Notes: generated from the sequence alone by a model not told the origin. A DNA stretch of 64,000 nucleotides from Thermoplasmatota archaeon (GCA_030619765.1 JAUXAU010000006.1:766-64765); one strand, 5' to 3'; counted from the first letter of the stretch, positions 1 to 10,265 are shown. A program made the numbers and translations.

Positions 1-153
1 TTTTATTATGCAAAGATCAGGATGAATAGCTTTTACTTGTGGTAAGACTATTATAAATCCCATCATTATGAAAAGAAACGATATAAAAATTACTGCCAGC
101 TTATTTAAATTTATTTTATTTGTTGTATCTATAAAATCATTTTTCAAGTTCAT
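1..153 (-). CDS. 5' part of a CDS that runs off the window edge; signal-anchor-like N-terminus (MNLKNDFIDTTNKINLNKLAVIFISFLFIMMGFIIVLPQ...)
   Basis: ATG at 153..151 on the minus strand. GGGAGGT (complement of 162..168) lies 8 nt upstream. The frame stays open to position 1, and a hydrophobic segment follows a polar N-terminus. Confidence 0.4.
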   Translation of the reverse strand, partial: MNLKNDFIDTTNKINLNKLAVIFISFLFIMMGFIIVLPQVKAIHPDLCIIK

Positions 154-302
154 TCGAGGATACCTCCCTATTTTTTAGTTTATAGAATATAGATATAATA
201 TATATACATTTTCTATAATAATCAATGCAATATTATATATACATTTTCATTAAATGTTTTAAGGAATATTATTTTGATAATCTCACATAATTTATGTTAC
301 AT

Positions 303-330
303 ATAAAAAAGAAGGGTATCCCTTTTTTTT
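303..330. terminator. A-tract / short GC hairpin / T-tract element (aaaaaag AAGGG tat CCCTT tttttt), a possible bidirectional terminator
   Basis: The perfect 5-bp stem AAGGG/CCCTT (312..324) is flanked by A6 and T8. It lies downstream of the minus-strand CDS that ends at 478. Confidence 0.3.
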
Positions 331-477
331 ATGTTTTATTTTCTAACATCATTGAAGACTTTTATCGAAACTTATTTCATAACGGGGTTTGCGACAAATA
401 TTAGAGTATATGTTATGGCCTGCACCCAGCAATTTTTACTTTGCCTCCTGTTAACTTTTAATGCATTGTAAAATGTC

Positions 478-1191
478 TCAACTCAACAGTAAAAATGGAA
501 ATAATGCAATTATGAAGAATCTGTTTATTCCATGAAGTAGCCAAGCTCCAATTAAGTTATCAGATCTGCGGCATATTTCAATTGTCAATATTCCCTGAAC
601 TATAGTTCCAATTATGAAAATAGTTGCAAAATGTTGTGGATGCACTAAAACAAAACTGGCTAATGACGTAAAATACGCTATTTTTAGGTTTGTTCTATTT
701 AAGAGAAATATAAAAAGAATTCCACGAAAAAAGAATTCTTCAGTAAATGCTTCAAAAAAACTAATTGCCCCAGTCAATAAATCCACATCTAAGAATACTC
801 CATTGACATATTGAATTACAAATGTCACGGCAAGCATTATTGGCATGAAAAGAATGCATAACCAGATACTCTTTTTTGTCCCTTCTTTTTTAATGCCAAA
901 TTGCCCCAATTTCAAAGAAGATCTATTACGTTTTAATATCGATAAACATAGTAAGGGAAATATGACAAAGAGTAGAAATTTCACTGCTATATATGTTTGA
1001 GTTGAAAGGAAATTACTTGATTGCAAAGGCCAATATAGAATCACAATAAGGAACATTGATGTAGTAATTGTTCCAATCTCTGCTAAGGATTCTTTTTTAT
1101 ATTTGAAACAATAAAAAAGAGGGATTATCATCGGCACAAGCATAGGCCATAGGAATAGATTAAATTCCATTATCTCTTCACCGCAACTCAA
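478..1191 (-). CDS. CPBP-family intramembrane glutamic endopeptidase (CAAX protease / Abi-like)
   Basis: Polytopic membrane protein carrying the family motifs EEFFFRG (EExxxR), a later LVHPQH, and WLLHGINRF near the C-terminus. Confidence 0.75.
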   Translation of the reverse strand: MSCGEEIMEFNLFLWPMLVPMIIPLFYCFKYKKESLAEIGTITTSMFLIVILYWPLQSSNFLSTQTYIAVKFLLFVIFPLLCLSILKRNRSSLKLGQFGIKKEGTKKSIWLCILFMPIMLAVTFVIQYVNGVFLDVDLLTGAISFFEAFTEEFFFRGILFIFLLNRTNLKIAYFTSLASFVLVHPQHFATIFIIGTIVQGILTIEICRRSDNLIGAWLLHGINRFFIIALFPFLLLS

Positions 1192-1210
1192 CTTTATATC
1201 ATCTATTTCC

Positions 1211-2377
1211 CTAACCCATATTTTTCTTTTGTTCTATCAATTTTTTGTAGAATTCTATTAATTTTGTATCTTGTTTTTTCCAGTTCATTGGTTGGCGCGC
1301 CCACAAATCTCCATGTATTGACATATCCCATATTGATTTTGTTTGTGTCATGCCTGTTTCAGTGCCATAGTAAATTATTGATGGTTGATCTGAGGAGAAT
1401 TGAATTTGTACTGCTTCTTTGAGTTTTTCTTTGTCATTTCCACATTGAAAAAGAAACCTGTTCATATCGTGATTGTCAAGGAAATTTGGTAAAAAATAGT
1501 TATCTGGAAAATGAGCAAAATGACGTTTGATATTCTTATTAAATGTTTGTTTTGATGAATAAGGGTTTGTTGCATAGTTTTTTATCAATTCCTGAAATTT
1601 GAAATCCAATACACCATCAAGTTCTCCGATGTATTCTTTTAGAAGGTTATCAGAATTAGCGCCAAAAAACCATTTTAAAAACTTATTTTTTATATGGAGG
1701 GTTCCTAGTTCACTTCTTTTTATACCCATCATCCAGGCTTCACCTATTAGAATCGCGTTTGGATGCTTGTCTTTTATTTCTTTTCTGAATTGTCTCCAAA
1801 AAGAATGTGGCGGACCTATGACATGATCAAGTCTAAAGCCGTCAAAACCAAGGCTAAGCCAGAATTTTGCAGCATTTATTATATGCTCTCTTGCCTGTAA
1901 ATTATTTAGATTTATCTTTGGAATCTCTTTAACACTAAGAAAACTTAGGTATTCATTAGGCCATTTGATAAAATAAAACCAATCTAAGTATGGACTATTT
2001 TTTTCTGTTTGTGCATTCATGAAAAATGGATGCTTTCTTGAACAGTGGTTGGGAACAAAATCTGCAATTATATGCATACCGTGTTCGTGAACTGCATTTA
2101 TTATATCTTTTATATCTTCTAAAGTGCCGAAATGGGGATCCACTTGATAAAAATCAGTGATATGGTACCCATGGTATGCAGAGGTTTTGTAAAAGGGGGA
2201 AATCCAGATGGTGGTAATACCAAGGTCATTAAGATAGGGTAGTTTTTTGATAATACCTCTTATATTTCCCCCCAAAAATGTTGGTTTGTCCCAGTTATCT
2301 GCTGAATCGAAACCTGCAAATCGATCAATAATTATATGATAGATGATGGCATTCTTAAACCACGAAACACCACTCAT
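1211..2377 (-). CDS. GH13 alpha-amylase-family glycoside hydrolase, catalytic domain
   Basis: The conserved GH13 regions are readable: DFVPNH, GFRLDHV (nucleophile Asp region), IGEAW (acid/base Glu) and FLDNHDMNRF. Confidence 0.85.
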   Translation of the reverse strand: MSGVSWFKNAIIYHIIIDRFAGFDSADNWDKPTFLGGNIRGIIKKLPYLNDLGITTIWISPFYKTSAYHGYHITDFYQVDPHFGTLEDIKDIINAVHEHGMHIIADFVPNHCSRKHPFFMNAQTEKNSPYLDWFYFIKWPNEYLSFLSVKEIPKINLNNLQAREHIINAAKFWLSLGFDGFRLDHVIGPPHSFWRQFRKEIKDKHPNAILIGEAWMMGIKRSELGTLHIKNKFLKWFFGANSDNLLKEYIGELDGVLDFKFQELIKNYATNPYSSKQTFNKNIKRHFAHFPDNYFLPNFLDNHDMNRFLFQCGNDKEKLKEAVQIQFSSDQPSIIYYGTETGMTQTKSIWDMSIHGDLWARQPMNWKKQDTKLIEFYKKLIEQKKNMG

Positions 2378-2493
2378 GAATATGTATAGTATGATTACTT
2401 TTTATAGTATCTTGAAAATTGATTTTTAATAACTGATGGAGAAAAATTTTGTATACAAATATTTTAAATTCAAAGAAATTATAAGGGAGAAAT

Positions 2494-2886
2494 ATGGGCG
2501 AAGAAGTTCTGTTAAATCATGTAGCATTACAATGTTTAAATAAAGAAGAAACTGAGATCTTTTTTACAAAAATTTTGGGGATTCCAAAGGTTAAAAACTT
2601 TACAATATCTGAAGGTTTATCAGAGAGCATATTTGGAATAAACAAAAGAGTAGAAGTAGAAGTTTATGATAATGGCAAGACAAGGTTTGAGGTTTTTATT
2701 GGCCAAAGCAATAGAACACCTGGCTACGAACACATTTGTATAGAAGTAGAAGACAAAAAAGGATTTATTGACCGTTGTAAGAAATACGGTAGAGAACCAT
2801 TGATAGTAAAGAAAGAAGGGAAAGATCTATTGTTTGTTAGGGATTTTTCAAATAATTTATATGAAATAAAAGAAATAAAAAAATAA
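2494..2886 (+). CDS. VOC (glyoxalase/bleomycin-resistance/dioxygenase) family small protein
   Basis: 130 aa. It has an N-terminal LNHVALQC and a later GYEHICIEV metal-ligand-like beta-strand pattern. The RBS AGGGAG lies upstream of the ATG. Confidence 0.5.
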   Translation: MGEEVLLNHVALQCLNKEETEIFFTKILGIPKVKNFTISEGLSESIFGINKRVEVEVYDNGKTRFEVFIGQSNRTPGYEHICIEVEDKKGFIDRCKKYGREPLIVKKEGKDLLFVRDFSNNLYEIKEIKK

Positions 2887-2930
2887 AAAAAGAGAAAGGA
2901 GAGTTTATTTTTTCGTTGCGTTGAGCTTCA

Positions 2931-4004
2931 CTAGAGTACGAAGAACAGAATTACAAATGTTGGGGTGTAAGTTGCGTTAGCGGTTGCTCCTTCCACACAA
3001 GTCACATCGACTGTTACCGTTGGTTTGCCGAATCCTAAGACCATACATTTTGCCGTTCCAGTACCTCCATCTTTGGAGATAGTTCCAACAGCCACTGATT
3101 TTGATCCACCTGAGGGTAGTAAGAAAAAACCACCGGTTATCGTAAAGTCTGCATTGACATTGGTTGCGTCAACACTACCACTGTTTGTAATGGTTGCAGT
3201 AAGGCCGAATCCACCTTTAACACAAACATCCAATACAGGTACTGTGAGTTCTTCACCGGTAAGAACGAAGTTGAAATCATTAGGTTCACCAACTAAATCT
3301 GTTGTTGTAGTCCAGTCAGGAAAACCGAAATAGGCGGATTTGAAGACACCCTCATGGAATTTTATCCCTAAAACTGTTTCGTTATGCCTGCACCAGCCAG
3401 ATTGTGGAAAAGTAAGGTTTATACCATATAAGGATATCCAATATTTTTTACCTGCATCGAAATTCAATGGATCAGGTAGCTGAACAGAGTAGTTAGCATA
3501 CCAAGTCTCTCTACCAGTTGATGGATCTGTTGTATTGTACCAGAAATCTACACTTATTGAAGCATTGGGGAAGTGGAATTCAGCTATAACGGCGCCAGGT
3601 GCAGTGCCGGTGCCATTGTCATCATAGAACGTGATATTCCAGTCAAATTTATAGTCCATTGCGCCCTGTGCGTATTGACAGTTGTAGTAGCCACCTTGCC
3701 AGTGTACGTCGTCGATCATTGCAGGGTTTTCAAGGATGAAGTCGTCAGCTGGAAATGCATCTAGTGATCCTCCTACAGGACGCTCATCCTGCGCAGCGAG
3801 CATGCCGACAAGATCGCCCATGCCGTTGTCATAAACTACACCTCGGATCTGTGAATTGCTGGCTTTCACGGGTCGGTCCTCTGTAACCATGTCTGGTATT
3901 TTTTCGTTGTTTGTTGTATTTGCTATTGCAGCTGTTGACGAAAAAACCAACACTACTGCTATTAGCAAAACACAAGCTTCTTTCAAAATTTTGTTTTTTT
4001 TCAT
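2931..4004 (-). CDS. secreted surface protein with a C-terminal CARDB-like domain and a hydrophobic C-terminal tail
   Basis: Signal-anchor MKKNKILKEACVLLIAVVLVFSS, with RBS GGGAGG upstream. The C-terminal roughly 100 aa (GGFGLTATITNSGSVDATNVNADFTITGG...GFGKPTVTVDV...FVILFFVL) is shared with CDS 4263..6626 and CDS 60475..61314. Confidence 0.6.
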   Translation of the reverse strand: MKKNKILKEACVLLIAVVLVFSSTAAIANTTNNEKIPDMVTEDRPVKASNSQIRGVVYDNGMGDLVGMLAAQDERPVGGSLDAFPADDFILENPAMIDDVHWQGGYYNCQYAQGAMDYKFDWNITFYDDNGTGTAPGAVIAEFHFPNASISVDFWYNTTDPSTGRETWYANYSVQLPDPLNFDAGKKYWISLYGINLTFPQSGWCRHNETVLGIKFHEGVFKSAYFGFPDWTTTTDLVGEPNDFNFVLTGEELTVPVLDVCVKGGFGLTATITNSGSVDATNVNADFTITGGFFLLPSGGSKSVAVGTISKDGGTGTAKCMVLGFGKPTVTVDVTCVEGATANATYTPTFVILFFVL

Positions 4005-4262
4005 ATTTTTTTCCTCCCGTATTATTATTATATAAAATATAAAAAGGCTATATATATACTTTTCTATAAGTAGGCAAATTATAATATTCCATAGACAGAA
4101 AATATGATTTTTTATAATATTTCAATATGCTAGTGCCAATATAAGAATCAACAGTATTTAGCTTATAAAACAAATATGAATGTATGATATTATCTGTTTC
4201 TTATTGAAAATGAAGTTTTAAAAAATGAGTTAGGGATGATTCTCCTGTTTCTGGCTATATTA

Positions 4263-6626
4263 TTAACCGCCACTTGGATTGATAATTACAAAGAATAATA
4301 GGACTGTTCCGCCTTGTGATCTTGTATCTGAACCCTCTGATATCTCAGCTGTAACTGTTACCATTGTTTTTCCGAATCCCATGATTAAACCTGAAGTCGC
4401 AGTGGCGCTTCCATCTGCAGGGATACTTAGAATCTCGCCGTTGCTTTCTCTCCCTATGAGTATTGTACCGCTCAGGGTCATATTCCATGTTACGTTTGTT
4501 GCCTCAGTAGCACCAATATTTCGGATGACTGCATTTACTCTGAATAATCCACCACTGATAAGCCCCATATCCAGTATAGGTCCTCCAACAATGGTAACTG
4601 TTAATGGAATTGACCAATCACTTTCACTTTCATTTATATCCTTTGCTTTTACTCTTATATCGTATTCTCCAGGTTCAGTCCAAACGTGAGACGCTTCTCC
4701 AGCGACACCTGAGTCATAAGGTCCAACCCAGTAGCTAGACGTGTTATCTCCCCAGTCAAACATATAGAAAATTTGATCTTCTTCAGGATCTGTTGTAACG
4801 CCAGAGAACGTGAGTTCTTTATTCATAATTCCCTGTGTTGGTCCATCCGGTTGACCAGGTATATCTGGTGGTAAGTTTGGATCAGGATCACCACTCCAGA
4901 TAACTAGTGATGGATCGCCAAGGATGTTGTAAGCCTCATAGTAGTATTGAACCGCTCCGCCACCGGAATAGTTTTGGTATAGATAATAGAGTCCCATGTC
5001 GGTCATTCCGGCCATCCATTCAAGACCGTCGGCAAACCAGGCTTGGAACATGGCTTTTTCAAGGATATCATCCTCATCCCAGTAGGTACTTGCAGAGGCG
5101 CCCCAGAAACCAATGGCTGCTTTATCAGCTTCTCGTAGCCAGGTTTCTCCAAAACATTCTGAATCGCCAAATGTGTTTGTGGAACAGGCATGACTTGTGA
5201 CAAAGGGATACATACCATTATTCATAAGACTACTGACATCAGATTGATCAAAAGGTACACAAGCCCATCCTCCTGGGTAACCATGCCCTGAATAAACACA
5301 GAGACTTCGTCCATCATTTAAGGCGTTGATAACATCTGAGGTGCTTCCCCCGCTTGCCTCATAAATTTTATCACAGGTATATCCATTTGGTGTTAAATAG
5401 TTATCAATAACGTAATTGTGTGTTTGTTCAGCTAATTGGCCATAGTCACTAGAAGCTAAAAATGCTCCTTTTTTTATCCATTCATTTGATGGAAAATTTC
5501 CTTGTTCATAGTAGACGGTCTTGTCTACCATGGCCGTAACATGTGATTCTTGTGATGCAGGGAAACGACCGATATAAATATCTGGGAAATAATCTGATCC
5601 ATCAACGGTCACGTAATACAAATCAGCTTCACTGTATGAGTCAGAGCCTGTAAATGTTGGAATTTGCGGAGTATCTCCAACGAGAAGAACATATGCAGGT
5701 GGAGTAGTCCAGGTGTCGTATGCATCTTCGATATAGTTATAGATGTTGTCTTTTGTTGGTCCACCAGGTATATCTGATGTTTTTGTAACAGTTACATCGT
5801 AACCAAGTGTTTGCTTCCAATTTGATAGAGGTTGAATTTCATCATAAAAGCTATCATAGACAATAATCAAGTATCCCTCTTGGTCTCGATTTTCTAAACC
5901 ATTTTCATAAAAACCATAGTTTGCAAAAGCAGTCTTAAAGAAATTTTCAGAGCGTGGAGAGGAGTATCGTTGAATTTTTTCATACGTTTGTGTCATATCG
6001 CTACCTGGAAGATTTATTACGATGTCACAAGCCGTCATTGTCTTAATTTCACCTGAGGATGGGTTGTACTGTATCGGTGAAACCTCCACAAGAGCGAAGC
6101 GTCGTCCTCTTATCACACCTATATCAGCCACTTTTGCTATGTCGCTTGGTGTAAATGCGTTATTTAAATAGTATTGATTGTCAATAACAAATTCCTCTGT
6201 AGCTCCAGGGATTTTTAGAACCGATGGTTGCACTGGCACAATCCTTGCTGGAAGATCTAATTCGTTTAGCGATGTAGATTCCCAAGAGACCGAGGATACA
6301 ATAATCTCAGGGTCTGCTCCCTGTGGTATCTCCAACGTATGTTTTATGACAGGTAGCCGTGCCTCACCTACATTAGTAGTAAATCCTTCACCTGGTAATT
6401 CTACTGTTGCAAACATTCCTTCTTCTGTAGAGATGCTTCCAAATTCAAATGTTGGAGAAGTAATGGTAAGTTCAATAGTTGTTTCATCAACCATGAAAAC
6501 TTCAGATGATGTATTAATAGGTCCATCAAAAACCGTGTTTCCGTTAGATGCTATAACACTTGTTCCAACAAATAACAAAAATACCACAAAGACAACTGCC
6601 TTTTTAAACAATTTTTTCGAAATCAT
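4263..6626 (-). CDS. peptidase C25 (gingipain-like, clan CD) surface protease with a PKD-like domain and a C-terminal CARDB-like domain
   Basis: Signal peptide present. The catalytic-dyad context YSGHGYPGGW ... YPFVTSHACSTNTFG resembles the gingipain GHG / PFIFDVACVNG motifs. It also has a LLVGD..IPTF propeptide-side motif, the PKD-like FDWGDNTS...HVWTEPGEYDIRVKAKD, and the shared C-terminal domain. Confidence 0.8.
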   Translation of the reverse strand: MISKKLFKKAVVFVVFLLFVGTSVIASNGNTVFDGPINTSSEVFMVDETTIELTITSPTFEFGSISTEEGMFATVELPGEGFTTNVGEARLPVIKHTLEIPQGADPEIIVSSVSWESTSLNELDLPARIVPVQPSVLKIPGATEEFVIDNQYYLNNAFTPSDIAKVADIGVIRGRRFALVEVSPIQYNPSSGEIKTMTACDIVINLPGSDMTQTYEKIQRYSSPRSENFFKTAFANYGFYENGLENRDQEGYLIIVYDSFYDEIQPLSNWKQTLGYDVTVTKTSDIPGGPTKDNIYNYIEDAYDTWTTPPAYVLLVGDTPQIPTFTGSDSYSEADLYYVTVDGSDYFPDIYIGRFPASQESHVTAMVDKTVYYEQGNFPSNEWIKKGAFLASSDYGQLAEQTHNYVIDNYLTPNGYTCDKIYEASGGSTSDVINALNDGRSLCVYSGHGYPGGWACVPFDQSDVSSLMNNGMYPFVTSHACSTNTFGDSECFGETWLREADKAAIGFWGASASTYWDEDDILEKAMFQAWFADGLEWMAGMTDMGLYYLYQNYSGGGAVQYYYEAYNILGDPSLVIWSGDPDPNLPPDIPGQPDGPTQGIMNKELTFSGVTTDPEEDQIFYMFDWGDNTSSYWVGPYDSGVAGEASHVWTEPGEYDIRVKAKDINESESDWSIPLTVTIVGGPILDMGLISGGLFRVNAVIRNIGATEATNVTWNMTLSGTILIGRESNGEILSIPADGSATATSGLIMGFGKTMVTVTAEISEGSDTRSQGGTVLLFFVIINPSGG

Positions 6627-6865
6627 TCTTATTTATCCCCCGAATATCTATTATAGTTAATACAATTGTAAGATATAATAGTAACTATAATTATATAAAT
6701 ATTTGCTTTTTGTGTGTAATGAAATATTGTATATGGGAATCTAAATATCTTTTAGGATTTAGTTACTTCATTTTGACGTATTGTCACAAAGGTTTTATAT
6801 ATAGCTAATAATAGAACATGCGCACTAGTTGGCAATATAATAAAAAAGGAGAAAGGATTAAAGAA

Positions 6866-7987
6866 ATGGTTGGAATTAATTCTAAATGTATGATAGGAAA
6901 ATATGCTATTATAACATTAATATTGGGTGTTATATTCACTGCAGCTATTGTGCTTTCTTCAGAAACTACAAATGCAGATCCAATAATTGCCGATCATATC
7001 GCTTCTGCAGAATTTGATGAAATTCCCGCAGAGTATGTCAGCCAGATTCATGATAATTATCACATCTACTATGGTCATACCTCACACGGTAGTCAAATTA
7101 TGAGTGGTCTTGAAACATTAGAAGTAGAAAATGCTTCATATGACCCGCCTTACTTCCATGAAGTTAGCGATGATCTTGGTCATAATGGAGATGTTTCATG
7201 GGAGCCAGATATTAGAGCATATCTTGATAGCAACCTTGAATGTAACATGGTTATGATGTCATGGTGTGGTGGTTGTTCAGATAACACTGAAGAGGGAATA
7301 AATATCTATCTAGAAACCTTTAACCAACTTGAACTTGACTATCCTGATGTAACATTTGTCTATATGACTGGGCATCTGGATGGTACCGGTGTCAATGGTA
7401 ATCTTTATGCTCGTAACAATCAAATACGTGCATATTGTAACTCTAACGAAAAGGTTCTTTTTGATTTTGCAGATATAGAGAGTTGGGATCCTGATGGCAA
7501 CTATTATCCAGATGATACTGATTATTGCAACTGGTGTATTGAATGGTGCAATTCACATCCCTGCCCTAGCTGCAGTTGTGCCCATTCACAGTGTTTTAAT
7601 TGTTATTTAAAAGGTAAAGCGTGGTGGTGGATGATGGCACGTGTTTCAGGGTGGAATGAAACAGGTGGGAATGATAATATTCCTCCAATAGTAACAATTA
7701 CTAAACCTGAAAAAGCGTTATATTTCTTTAATAAAAAAATAATCCCTCTTGTTACCACTATAGTTATTGGGATAATTGAAGTTGAAGTTGAGGCATCAGA
7801 TAGTCATTCAGGTGTCAGCCATGTAGATTTTTACCTTGATGGTGATTTAATGGTTAATGTTTCGGTATTGCCATTTTTTTGGTTGTGGAATGAAAAATCG
7901 TTTAGTAAGCATACTTTAGAGGTAACTGCGTTTGATGGTGCTGGAAATTTTGCAAGTGATAAGATTACCTTGGTGAAACTCTTATAG
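6866..7987 (+). CDS. secreted Cys-rich protein with a C-terminal Ig-like domain; function unknown
   Basis: Signal-anchor (MVGINSKCMIGKYAIITLILGVIFTAAIVLS). It carries a YYGHTSHGSQ motif, the Cys cluster CNWCIEWCNSHPCPSCSCAHSQCFNCY, and a C-terminal Ig-like module (VEVEASDSHSGVSHVDFYLDGD...VTAFDGAGN). I moved the start from the track ORF (6818) to the ATG after the AAGGAG-rich leader. Confidence 0.5.
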   Translation: MVGINSKCMIGKYAIITLILGVIFTAAIVLSSETTNADPIIADHIASAEFDEIPAEYVSQIHDNYHIYYGHTSHGSQIMSGLETLEVENASYDPPYFHEVSDDLGHNGDVSWEPDIRAYLDSNLECNMVMMSWCGGCSDNTEEGINIYLETFNQLELDYPDVTFVYMTGHLDGTGVNGNLYARNNQIRAYCNSNEKVLFDFADIESWDPDGNYYPDDTDYCNWCIEWCNSHPCPSCSCAHSQCFNCYLKGKAWWWMMARVSGWNETGGNDNIPPIVTITKPEKALYFFNKKIIPLVTTIVIGIIEVEVEASDSHSGVSHVDFYLDGDLMVNVSVLPFFWLWNEKSFSKHTLEVTAFDGAGNFASDKITLVKLL

Positions 7988-8043
7988 CATCCTACAAAAG
8001 CATACATTTCTCAATGATATATTTTGAAAACTAATCATTACGT

Positions 8044-10026
8044 TTAACGTTTAGAAAGAATTTCTCTTATTGGAATATATGCAAGCATCAAACCGATATA
8101 TGCTAAAACCAAAAGCCCTGGCCACCATGAGGCAGTTTCCATAAGTGCAAGGTTGATTCCTAAAACAACTAGTACTGCTACAACTACCCCCATTAACGCC
8201 TCTCCTGCTACAAGCCCTGCTGTGAATAAGAGCCCTGTTCTAATTGCCTTTTCTTTTGGTTTTACACCAGTTTGTTTGATTGCAAGTTCCCAATCACTGA
8301 TCTCTTCTTCCGCATTTCCATATTTTTTCTTTAGAAAGGCATCAGTAAGATATCTGATGCTTCCACCTGCAAAGATGGGTACAGAAAGGGTAAATGGAAG
8401 ATATATTCCAATGGCCACTGGAAGTACAGGTAGGTCAATCAGGATAAGTACAAATGCTAAGACCGCTCCAGCAATAACATAGGGCCATAGCATTTCTCCT
8501 CCCAAAATTCCCTGTACTATTCCTTTCATTAGAAACGCCTGTGGTGCTGGTAGGCTTTGGCTGCCAATAGTAAACGCTTCATGTAAGACCCCAATGATAA
8601 TTCCTATTGTTGCCGAGATTGCGACAACTCCAAAGATCATTGAAATCTGCAGTTTTTTTGGTGTCGCTCCAATCATTTGACCAGAAGCCATCGTTTGCAA
8701 AAGATCTCCAGAAACTGATCCTCCGATACAAATAACAGCTGAAATAAAGATAACGATGGCCATTCCTTCAAGTCCGGTTGCTCCAAATCCAAGCATTATC
8801 AAACTGACTATGAGGAGTATTGTGACAGTAACACCAGAAATGGGACAATTTGATGAGCCGACAAGGCCTGTTAAATAACCAGCGAGGGCACTTGCTATAA
8901 ATGCTAAAAATACTGTCAACACTGCCATGATAATGGAGATTTCTATTAATCCTGACAACCATTGATATAAAACAAAAATTGGGATGATCATTAGTCCTAT
9001 TGATATGAATATAAGTTTGTAGTTTAAATCCTGCTCCGTTCTTTTTTTGGTTTTTACTGCTCCTGCTTTTATGCCAAGTACTGCTTCTTTAATGCTGTCT
9101 ACAAGGTTGGCTCTTATAGAATATACCGCCCAAAGTCCTCCAACAAGCATTGCTCCTACTCCAATATATCGTACCTGTTCTCCCCATATGGTGTAGAATC
9201 CTCCTATAAGTGGCCCAAGGTCAGCGTATTCTCCTAATGGAATTGGTAATCCACTGGCCAAAATAAGTAATGGTGCAATGATAACCCAGCCTATGAGTCC
9301 TCCCACCAACACATAGGATGATATTTTAGGACCTATAATCCATCCCACACCTAGAAGAGCTGGAGAAGTTACCGTTCCACCATAAAACCATCCTTCATGC
9401 TCTTTTCCGAGGATAGCATACTTGCCAATGCTTACCATTCCATCTACCGTACCTCTAAAGATATTAAGTGATAGTTGTCCGAATTTGAACAGTGCTGCAA
9501 TTATTGCCCCGATTGCAAGCCATAGGCTACCTACTCCTCCTCTTTGTGATTTTTCTCCTCCTACCATTGTTGTTAATACCGCTGCAACTGCTATTCCTTC
9601 TGGAAAGGGCAGATCTGTTTTTACCACGAGTGCTCTTCTCAGAGGCACCATCCATAGTATGCCAAGAAATCCTCCTATAAGTGAGATAAATGTTGTTTGT
9701 AAGTAGTTTATTTCAGTCCATACGTCTAGAAGTATTAAAGCGGGGATTGTAAATATCACACCTGCTGCAATGCATTCTCCTGCGGATGCTTCCATTGCAG
9801 CGATATTGACTTCTAGAATCGTTGGTTTAAAGGGTTTCAACAGTGCTAAAGATAGTACTGCTCCAGGTATTATTGCTGAAACAGTCATTCCTGCATAAAG
9901 TCCAAGATAAGCATTTGCTGCTCCTAGTACTACTGCGAGTAATACCCCCACTAGTGTAGCCTTTAATGTAAATTCTGGAATTGTTTTGTCTGCAGGGATA
10001 AATGATTTGAAGTCCTCTCGTGACAT
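8044..10026 (-). CDS. OPT-superfamily oligopeptide transporter
   Basis: About 660-aa polytopic membrane protein. It has an OPT-like N-terminus (FTLKATLVGVLLAVVLGAANAYLGLYAGMTVSAIIPGAV) and a soluble insert near the C-terminal third. I chose the start at MSREDF. Confidence 0.7.
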   Translation of the reverse strand: MSREDFKSFIPADKTIPEFTLKATLVGVLLAVVLGAANAYLGLYAGMTVSAIIPGAVLSLALLKPFKPTILEVNIAAMEASAGECIAAGVIFTIPALILLDVWTEINYLQTTFISLIGGFLGILWMVPLRRALVVKTDLPFPEGIAVAAVLTTMVGGEKSQRGGVGSLWLAIGAIIAALFKFGQLSLNIFRGTVDGMVSIGKYAILGKEHEGWFYGGTVTSPALLGVGWIIGPKISSYVLVGGLIGWVIIAPLLILASGLPIPLGEYADLGPLIGGFYTIWGEQVRYIGVGAMLVGGLWAVYSIRANLVDSIKEAVLGIKAGAVKTKKRTEQDLNYKLIFISIGLMIIPIFVLYQWLSGLIEISIIMAVLTVFLAFIASALAGYLTGLVGSSNCPISGVTVTILLIVSLIMLGFGATGLEGMAIVIFISAVICIGGSVSGDLLQTMASGQMIGATPKKLQISMIFGVVAISATIGIIIGVLHEAFTIGSQSLPAPQAFLMKGIVQGILGGEMLWPYVIAGAVLAFVLILIDLPVLPVAIGIYLPFTLSVPIFAGGSIRYLTDAFLKKKYGNAEEEISDWELAIKQTGVKPKEKAIRTGLLFTAGLVAGEALMGVVVAVLVVLGINLALMETASWWPGLLVLAYIGLMLAYIPIREILSKR

Positions 10027-10265
10027 TTTATTACAACGTATATATAAATATAACAATCTAAGTATTAAAATGTAATTGGGAAATTGCTTTTCTAGACTCG
10101 TTATGTTAAATTTAATAAAAAATTGTGGATTATTCTTATCTACGGTAAAAACAGGTAATTAAAGAATTAAGCTACTCTTAGCATGTTTTACATCTTTGCA
10201 ATAATTTAATTTTTGGGATGTTGAGACAAAAATAGTTTTATGAACTATGTAAATGATAACGAAAG

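Noticed and set aside
3025-6660. Plus-strand ORFs (3025..3333, 3573..3764, 4279..4689, 4907..5200, 6178..6660) opposite the two secreted-protein genes
   Set aside because: They are antisense shadows of well-supported minus-strand CDSs, with Pro/Ser/Thr-rich nonsense composition.
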